This document shows positions 29,101-34,599 of a DNA stretch of 34,599 bases, one piece after another. This stretch comes from Noviherbaspirillum sp. Lineage in GTDB: Bacteria; Pseudomonadota; Gammaproteobacteria; Burkholderiales; Burkholderiaceae_D. The translations under genes and the position numbers were made by a program. The notes beneath the pieces were generated by a model, which saw only the letters and a program-made list of their open reading frames with translations, was not told where the DNA came from and did not search any database. How positions within the stretch are numbered: position 1 is the stretch's first letter; each line of letters begins with the position of its first letter. The stretch spans positions 1 through 34,599 of the forward strand of contig DASVLM010000215.1 in assembly GCA_036384875.1 (NCBI GenBank), read 5' to 3'.

Positions 29101-29583
29101 GCTGGCCCAGCGTTCCGCGCAGCGTTCCGCCGCACCCGGATTGCCGTTGTCGATCGCCATGCCGACGTCGCCGGCATGCGCGCCCGACAATGCAATCAAG
29201 CCCTTCGCCGCACCGCCTTCAAACCACTCGGCGCGCAATTCGGCACGGCCGCGATACAGGTTCGTCAACCACGCCTTGCTCAGCAGCTCGCACAGGTTGA
29301 GGTAACCCGTCTTGTTCTTCACCAGGATAAGCAGGCGCGAAGGCTTGTCGCGGTCGTCGTCGTTGGTGATCCAGGCATCGCAGCCAGCGATGGGTTTCAC
29401 GCCCTTGCCGCGTGCAGCCTTGTAGAACTTCACCATGCCGAACAGGTTGGCAAGATCGGTGATTGCGAGCGCCGCCTGGCCGTCCTTGGCTGCAGCTTTA
29501 ACAACGTCATCGATGCGGACCAGGCCGTCGACGATCGAGTATTCGGTGTGGAGTCGGAGGTGGGTGAATTGGGGGGATGTCAT
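26131..29583 (-). CDS. dnaE: DNA polymerase III alpha subunit
   Basis: PHP HLRLHTEYS, GPGRGSGAGS, FERFLNPERVSMPDFDIDF, KFDFLGL, YGFNKSHAAAY, OB fold; 1150 aa, no intein. Confidence 0.98.
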   Translation of the reverse strand: MTSPQFTHLRLHTEYSIVDGLVRIDDVVKAAAKDGQAALAITDLANLFGMVKFYKAARGKGVKPIAGCDAWITNDDDRDKPSRLLILVKNKTGYLNLCELLSKAWLTNLYRGRAELRAEWFEGGAAKGLIALSGAHAGDVGMAIDNGNPGAAERCAERWASLFPNHFYIEVQRYGQPNMENHVRQAVALAAKLKLPVVATHPVQFLKEEEFVAHEARTCIAEGEILANPRRVKRFNEQQRFKSQDEMAALFADMPAAVQNTVEIAKRCNLQLELGKPKLPLFPTPDGMSLDDYLTQQAKEGLEERLLQLFPDEAVREAKRARYEERLKFETDTIIKMGFPGYFLIVADFIQWAKNNGVPVGPGRGSGAGSLVAYSLKITDLDPLEYNLLFERFLNPERVSMPDFDIDFCQEGRDRVIQYVKDRYGRDAVSQIATFGTMAAKGAVRDVGRVLDMSYMFCDGLSKLIPFKPGKLVTIADALEEEPLLKERMEKEEEVKQLLDLAQQVEGITRSIGMHAGGVLIAPGKLTDFCPLYTQGGDAGVVSQYDKDDVEAVGLVKFDFLGLTTLTILNLAVNYIKGLDPSLADFDLAKLPLNDRPSYELLTKAKTVAVFQLESRGMQGMLKDARPDRFEDIIALVALYRPGPMDLIPDFCRRKHGEKFDYPDPRTEGILSETYGIMVYQEQVMQMAQVIGGYSLGGADLLRRAMGKKKPEEMAQHRLIFREGAAKNNLTQEKADEIFDLMEKFAGYGFNKSHAAAYALLSYHTAYLKAHHPAAFMAANLSLAMDDTDKVKILVEDAIDICGLKVLPPDINKSDYRFKPVGEPGKKAMEIRYGLGAVKGSGQNAIEAVVAAREAGGPFKDLFDFVKRVDKKQINRRTIESLIRAGAMDCFGVDRGILIASVNYAMECAEQAEASANQVSLFGDENSDLNTPPEYVKVAPWSEKQRLTEEKTALGFYLSGHLFNAYAEEARKFARSKLSSLEPSREPRILAGIITTVRTQMTQRGKMVIVTLDDSTATVDVTVYNELYDPNRNLFKEDEFLAVQGKVSEDRFSGGLRVTADKVMDIATARSSFGKQFAFSLNARIDAAQIKDILAPYRSESGLPLTMRYMRQGVGTCEIRLADDWRVAPADGLKQMLMEKLGVQGAVVEY

Positions 29584-29589
29584 CCGGCT

Positions 29590-29595
29590 ATTTTA
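29590..29595 (-). promoter_or_regulatory. -10 box (TAAAAT) 6 nt before the dnaE ATG; probable leaderless promoter
   Basis: Minus strand TAAAAT-AGCCGG-ATG. Confidence 0.45.
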
Positions 29596-29787
29596 CTCCG
29601 GCGATGTCTGCTGCCGAGAGGTAATGTGCCGGATCAAATTGCCGCAAAACCAGGCGTTTTGCCACGCCAAAGTTTATAATCTCGTGAAATCAAAGACTTA
29701 CCAAGACCGCCTCCGGAAAGCGGCTCAACCGGCAAACATTTGCGCAACATTTCCGTCTACCGAAGCGTTCATCGAGGCAGTATCGTC

Positions 29788-30648
29788 ATGTCATCCAGCA
29801 ACAACATCGTCAACATCTCCGCCTACAAATTCATCAGCTTCAACGACACGGTGGAGAAGCGCCCGCAATTCCAGTCCCTCTGCCAGGAACTCGGCCTGAA
29901 GGGCACCATCCTGCTCTCCCCTGAAGGCATCAACATGTTCCTCGCCGGTTCGCGCGAAGCGATCGACAAGTTCATGGCCTGGCTGCACACCGACCCGCGC
30001 TTTGCCGACATCGAGCCGAAGGAAAGTTTTTCAGATCGCCAGCCGTTCACCAAGATGCTGGTAAAGCTCAAGCGCGAAATCATCACGATGAAGAATCCGC
30101 TGATCAAGCCGGAGGAAGGCCGCGCACCGGCGGTCGATGCGAAGACGCTCAAGCGCTGGCTCGACCAGGGGCATGACGACGACGGCAAGCCGGTCGTGAT
30201 GATGGATACGCGCAATGCCTTCGAGGTGGATGTCGGCACCTTCGACAACACGCTCGACTACCGCATCGAAAAGTTCAGCGAGTTCCCGGAGGTCGTCGCG
30301 AAGCACAAGGATGAACTCGAAGGCAAGACCGTCATCACCTTCTGCACCGGCGGCATCCGCTGCGAAAAGGCCGCTATCCACATGCAGAACGTGGGTTACA
30401 AGGATGTGTACCAGCTCGAAGGCGGCATCCTGAAGTATTTCGAGGAAGTGGGCGGCGCACACTACAAGGGCGACTGCTTCGTGTTCGACTATCGCACCGC
30501 ACTGAATCCGCAGCTGGAAGCGACGGAGACGAAGCAGTGCTTCGCCTGCCGTGCAGTGGTCACGCCGCGCGAGCAGCTGTCACCGTATTACATACCTGGG
30601 GAAAGTTGTCCGCATTGCAGGAAGGCGATGCGGGAAGACGCTGCGTAA
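29788..30648 (+). CDS. rhodanese-domain protein, TrhO/YceA (UPF0176)-like
   Basis: [52 protein letters not shown]-terminal CxxC...CPHC. Confidence 0.88.
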   Translation: MSSSNNIVNISAYKFISFNDTVEKRPQFQSLCQELGLKGTILLSPEGINMFLAGSREAIDKFMAWLHTDPRFADIEPKESFSDRQPFTKMLVKLKREIITMKNPLIKPEEGRAPAVDAKTLKRWLDQGHDDDGKPVVMMDTRNAFEVDVGTFDNTLDYRIEKFSEFPEVVAKHKDELEGKTVITFCTGGIRCEKAAIHMQNVGYKDVYQLEGGILKYFEEVGGAHYKGDCFVFDYRTALNPQLEATETKQCFACRAVVTPREQLSPYYIPGESCPHCRKAMREDAA

Positions 30649-30656
30649 TCCAAAGA

Positions 30657-30693
30657 ACACCTGCCGTTTCCACTTTCGCGAAACGGCAGGTGT
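30657..30693. terminator. terminator hairpin between convergent genes
   Basis: Perfect 14-bp stem ACACCTGCCGTTTC / GAAACGGCAGGTGT, 9-nt loop; TCTTT follows on the minus strand. Confidence 0.8.
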
Positions 30694-30702
30694 CGCTGAA
30701 TA

Positions 30703-32151
30703 TCACTCAGCCTTGCCGGCATTGACCGCAGCCGCCGGTTTTGCCAATACGGCGGTACGAACGAACGGGCTCAGTGTGGCAGCGTCTGCTACCTTGGCGC
30801 CGCTACCGGGGACGAAGTATTTCGCCACGTCGTTCAGCACATCGCTAGTAAGCGTGCCGGCTGCCGTATGCAGGCGCAGGTAGGCAACGATGTAGTTGTA
30901 ACGTGCCTGTGCAAGGTCACGGCGCGCAGTGAAGAGCTGCTGCTGCGCATTGAGCACATCGAGGTTGATGCGCACACCGCCCTTGACGCTCTGCTCCGTT
31001 GCCGTCACCAGCAATTCAGCGGACTTCACGCTTTTCTCCGACGCCTCAATACGTGCCGCGCCGCTGGTCACTGCGTCATACTGCTTTCGCAATTCCACCA
31101 TCAACTGCTTGGTCTTTGCTTCCAAATCGGACTTGGCCTTTTCAAGACCAGCTACCGCCTGGCTGGTTGAGGCGGAGACGCCACCACCTGCGTAAATTGG
31201 CATGCTCAGCTGCACGCCGATGGTACGGTTGGTCGATTCTTGATTCAGCGTAGTCAAGGTCTCCGACATACCTTTGCTATAGCTGGCAACGAAATCAATG
31301 CGCGGGGCATGCCCTGCCCGCTGCTTGGTGACTTCCTGGCGCGACGCTTCAACGTAGTAGCGCTGTGCCGCCAAGTCCGGGTTGCGATCCAGGGCGATCG
31401 TCTTCCACTCCTCGAAAGTACCCGGCTGCAGCAGCTTGACCTTGAAGTCGTCGCGCAACTGGTCGAGGTCGTTCACGTCGACACCGACAATCGCTGCCAG
31501 GGCATTGCGTGCTGAGGCCAGGTTGTTGCGCGATTCGAGCAACTGCGCCTCCGCCAAGTCGTAGCGCGCCTGGGTCTCAAGCATGTCGGTCTTCGTGCCT
31601 TCGCCCTTCTGGAACATGCGCTCGTTGGCCTTGCGCTGCTCATCAAGCGTATTGCGTTGCGCGGTAACCAAGGCGAGCTGGTCTTCCGCGAACTTGGCAT
31701 CGGCATACGCGCCTACCAGGCGCTGCAGCAAATCCTGGCCCCGAGAGGAAAACACCGCATCGCTGTAGTCCGCCTGAGCCGCGCCCTGCTTGTAGCGGGC
31801 ATAGGAATCAAGGCTGAACAACGGCTGGCGCAGGTTTACGCTGGCGGATTTACTGTCGTATTCGGGTTGCGAAGTCGAGGTCTGTCCAAAGATATTCGGC
31901 TGCGTAATATCCGCGCGATTCTTGTACTTCGCGTAACTGAATCCGATGTTCGGCAACAGATAGGAGCGACCGATTGCCCTGTTCTGCTGGCCCGCCTCGT
32001 TATCATGGACTGCCGACTGGTAGACCGGGTCGTTTTGCAACGCGGCCTGATAGGCCTCGACCAGGCTCATCGCGAATACCTGGCCGACCGGCAGCGCGAA
32101 TACCGCCGCCAGCGCGCCGGTGGCCGCGCGCCTTTTCATTATTGAGGCCAT
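30703..32151 (-). CDS. TolC family outer-membrane protein of a type I secretion system (PrtF/AprF-like)
   Basis: Signal peptide; SLVEAYQAALQNDP, LRQPLF, MPIYAGG, GVRINLDVLNAQQQL. Confidence 0.93.
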   Translation of the reverse strand: MASIMKRRAATGALAAVFALPVGQVFAMSLVEAYQAALQNDPVYQSAVHDNEAGQQNRAIGRSYLLPNIGFSYAKYKNRADITQPNIFGQTSTSQPEYDSKSASVNLRQPLFSLDSYARYKQGAAQADYSDAVFSSRGQDLLQRLVGAYADAKFAEDQLALVTAQRNTLDEQRKANERMFQKGEGTKTDMLETQARYDLAEAQLLESRNNLASARNALAAIVGVDVNDLDQLRDDFKVKLLQPGTFEEWKTIALDRNPDLAAQRYYVEASRQEVTKQRAGHAPRIDFVASYSKGMSETLTTLNQESTNRTIGVQLSMPIYAGGGVSASTSQAVAGLEKAKSDLEAKTKQLMVELRKQYDAVTSGAARIEASEKSVKSAELLVTATEQSVKGGVRINLDVLNAQQQLFTARRDLAQARYNYIVAYLRLHTAAGTLTSDVLNDVAKYFVPGSGAKVADAATLSPFVRTAVLAKPAAAVNAGKAE

Positions 32152-32153
32152 CC

Positions 32154-33527
32154 TTACTCCTCCGTCAGCGCAGTACCGGCTCGGTCGAAGACCGGCTTGA
32201 GCAGATAATTCATCATGGTCCGCTCACCCGCCTTCACGACGACCTCCACCGGCATGCCGGGGCGAATCTTGTGTTCCTTCAGCATTGCCTTGCCTTCGGG
32301 AGTGACTTGCGCCCGCAGCTTGTAATACGGCATGCCTGATTTTTCATCAACGAAACGGTCGGGCGATACCTCGGTCACGGTACCGGGAATGTGCGGCGTC
32401 TTGCTCTGGTTGAAGGCAGCAAAGATCAGTTCCACCGGCATATCCTTGTGGACCTTGTCGATCAGGTTGATTGGCACCATGCCTTCGACAACCAGCGGGT
32501 CGTCTGCCGGCACAATATCCATCATGCGGAAGCCCGGCGGCACCACGCCGCCCTTGGTGAAGACATTCACGCCCATCACCGTGCCATCCACCGGCGCCTT
32601 GACGACGATATTGGCGAGATCGAAGTCCTGCCCCACCAGACGGCTCTGCAAGGCTTCCGCCTCTTTCTGCACTTCGCTCAGTTGCGTACGCACTTCCTTC
32701 TGGTAGTCCTGCTGGCGTTGAGCGCGGCGCAGGGTCAGCTCGGCGATCTGGCGCTGGCTGCGGCCGATATTGCCCACATTCTCGGCAATGCCGGCATTCA
32801 CTTGGGCATAGGTGCGCTCCAGGTCCAGCAAGCGGTTGCGTGCCACATAACCCTCCTTCGCCAGGTCGCGCATGCCGTCCAGCTGCTCCTTCAAGAACTT
32901 CAACTGTTCTTTCTGGTTCACCAGCGCTTCCTGCAGACCGCTTACCTGGAGCTTCAGGCCGGCAACCGATTCATCCAGGCCCGCCAGTTCGGTCTGCAAC
33001 GACGATTGGCGCGATGCAAACAGCTGGTTTTGCAGCATGATATTGTTGGCAACGCGGGGATCGTTCTTCACCTTTTCCAGTTCATCAGGAAAGGCAATGG
33101 TCTTCCTGCCATCGCGCTCAGCGATCAGGCGCGCTTCGACGGCACGCGCGGTGTAATACTGCGCCCGGGTGAACTCTGCATTCGCCTTTACCTGCACATC
33201 GTTCATGCGCACCAGCGGCTGGCCGGCCTTCACAACATCGCCATCTTTGACGAGAATGTCGTCCACCGTCCCGCCACTCTGGTGCTGCACAGCCTTGCGG
33301 TTGGTTGCCGCCATCAGGTAACCGTTGACCGGCACAGCCTTGTCCAGCGGCGCGACGGAGGCCCATACCAGGAAACCGCCCACGCCAAGCAGGACAACCA
33401 GCCACCCGAGGCGGGAATACTTCCTGTCGTCGATCTCCACCTTGATCTCGGGCTCTTCCCGGACCTTGACATTGCTTGCGGGGATATCAATCGCTTCCAG
33501 TTTTTTCTTGAGTAGTTTCATTGCCAT
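32154..33527 (-). CDS. HlyD family type I secretion periplasmic adaptor (PrtE/AprE-like)
   Basis: WASVAPLD, VQHQSGG, VKDGDVV, APVDGTV, PGMPVEV..GERTMMNYLLKP; TGATG coupling. Confidence 0.93.
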   Translation of the reverse strand: MAMKLLKKKLEAIDIPASNVKVREEPEIKVEIDDRKYSRLGWLVVLLGVGGFLVWASVAPLDKAVPVNGYLMAATNRKAVQHQSGGTVDDILVKDGDVVKAGQPLVRMNDVQVKANAEFTRAQYYTARAVEARLIAERDGRKTIAFPDELEKVKNDPRVANNIMLQNQLFASRQSSLQTELAGLDESVAGLKLQVSGLQEALVNQKEQLKFLKEQLDGMRDLAKEGYVARNRLLDLERTYAQVNAGIAENVGNIGRSQRQIAELTLRRAQRQQDYQKEVRTQLSEVQKEAEALQSRLVGQDFDLANIVVKAPVDGTVMGVNVFTKGGVVPPGFRMMDIVPADDPLVVEGMVPINLIDKVHKDMPVELIFAAFNQSKTPHIPGTVTEVSPDRFVDEKSGMPYYKLRAQVTPEGKAMLKEHKIRPGMPVEVVVKAGERTMMNYLLKPVFDRAGTALTEE

Positions 33528-34599
33528 CACTCCTGCTCGGCGGTGGCAGCAGGTGCCTCCGCATTCGCCGCCTCAGCCTGTGCTGCTGCCTGCTGCTGCG
33601 CTTGTTGTTGGGCCGCCAGTTGGGCCTGCTGTGCTTGTTGCTGCTGTTGTTGCGCTTGCGCCAACGCCATCAAGACCTGTTGCGAAGGTCCGAACATCTG
33701 CGGTGAACCGTCCTGCACCAGCAGGAGCTTGTTCGTCACGCCGAGAACGCTGGTGCGATGCGTAACGAGAATGATGGTCTTGCCACGGCTGCGCAGGTCA
33801 AGCAAAGCCGCAACCAATGCTTGCTCACCGGCGTCATCGAGGTTGGAATTGGGTTCGTCGAGCACGATCAGCGAAGGGTCGTCGTACATCGCACGCGCCA
33901 GGCCCAGGCGCTGCTTCTGTCCACCCGAGAGGCCGCCGCCGCCGTCACCCAGGCGGGTGTCATAGCCTTGCGGGAGATGCAGGATCATGTCGTGCACGCC
34001 GGCGCGTTTGGCTGCCAGGATGACCTTTTCGGAATCGACTTCGCCGAAGCGCGCGATGTTTTCAGCGACCGTGCCCGCAAACAGTTCGATGTCCTGCGGC
34101 AGGTAGCCGATGCTCGGCCCCAACTGGTCCTTGTTCCAATGATAGATATCTGCGCCATCCAGCCGTACCTTGCCCATGGCGGCCGGCCAAACGCCGACCA
34201 GCAGGCGGGCCAGCGTCGACTTGCCGGAACCGCTCGGCCCGATGATGCCGAGCACATCGCCCGGCTGCAGAGCAAAGCTCATGTTTTTGATCACGGCCAC
34301 GGGCACGCCCGGGGGCGCTGCGGTCACCGCTTCCACGGAAAGGGCGCCTGCCGGCGTCGGCAGTGCCATGCCCGGCTGGCGCGGCGGGTTTTCGTTCAAC
34401 AATCCGGTAAGCCGTTCGTAGGCGCTGCGCGTATTGGTCCAGCTCTTCCAGACACCAATCACCGTTTGCACAGGTGCCAGAGCCTTACCGACCAGAATGG
34501 ACGCGGCGATCATCATGCCCGGGGTCATTTTCCCCTCGATAACCAGCAGCGCGCCAAAACCCAGCACCAGCGATTGCATCGACACCTGCACAAATTTGG
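33527..34599 (-). CDS. type I secretion permease/ATPase (PrtD/AprD-like), N-terminus cut off by the window edge
   Basis: GMMIAASIL, GPSGSGKST, GYLPQDIELFAGT, LSGGQKQR, LDEPNSNLD. Confidence 0.93.
   Translation of the reverse strand, partial: KFVQVSMQSLVLGFGALLVIEGKMTPGMMIAASILVGKALAPVQTVIGVWKSWTNTRSAYERLTGLLNENPPRQPGMALPTPAGALSVEAVTAAPPGVPVAVIKNMSFALQPGDVLGIIGPSGSGKSTLARLLVGVWPAAMGKVRLDGADIYHWNKDQLGPSIGYLPQDIELFAGTVAENIARFGEVDSEKVILAAKRAGVHDMILHLPQGYDTRLGDGGGGLSGGQKQRLGLARAMYDDPSLIVLDEPNSNLDDAGEQALVAALLDLRSRGKTIILVTHRTSVLGVTNKLLLVQDGSPQMFGPSQQVLMALAQAQQQQQQAQQAQLAAQQQAQQQAAAQAEAANAEAPAATAEQE

Noticed and set aside
26452-29679. 1075-aa plus-strand ORF
   Set aside because: Mirror frame of dnaE caused by codon bias
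29788-30648. Rhodanese as sulfur donor for the Ubl
   Set aside because: It is TrhO-like, about 18 kb away and in a housekeeping position next to dnaE; nothing in the sequence links them

Overview
GC-rich betaproteobacterial chromosome segment (Oxalobacteraceae-like; inferred from gene content). From left to right: (1) a histidine-utilisation operon (hutU-hutH-hutG-hutD-hutI) led by a five-gene Liv/HAAT-type ABC transporter, with a HutC-type operator sitting in the sigma70 promoter spacer; (2) an apparently separately transcribed pair encoding a ubiquitin-like MoaD/ThiS protein (C-terminal GG) and a His-rich BNR beta-propeller, followed by a 170-bp REPIN/MITE-like inverted-repeat element; (3) an LPS block (waaF, an AhpD-like protein, msbA, GT2, GT9); (4) a variable region with a secreted Ala/Lys-rich protein, a LysR/DUF2917/GNAT module, and an orphan T6SS cassette (VgrG-DUF2345, LysM-muramidase effector, two low-GC exported putative immunity proteins) ending in a truncated Amidase_3 remnant that is not in the ORF track; (5) dnaE and a TrhO-like rhodanese; (6) the 3' part of a type I secretion operon. 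The best candidates for undescribed biology are the Ubl/beta-propeller pair, and the VgrG/effector pair, which share a G-x-T-x3-G-x-T-x-R-I-x-T-x2-P module. All family assignments come from motif recognition by eye; no database searches were run.
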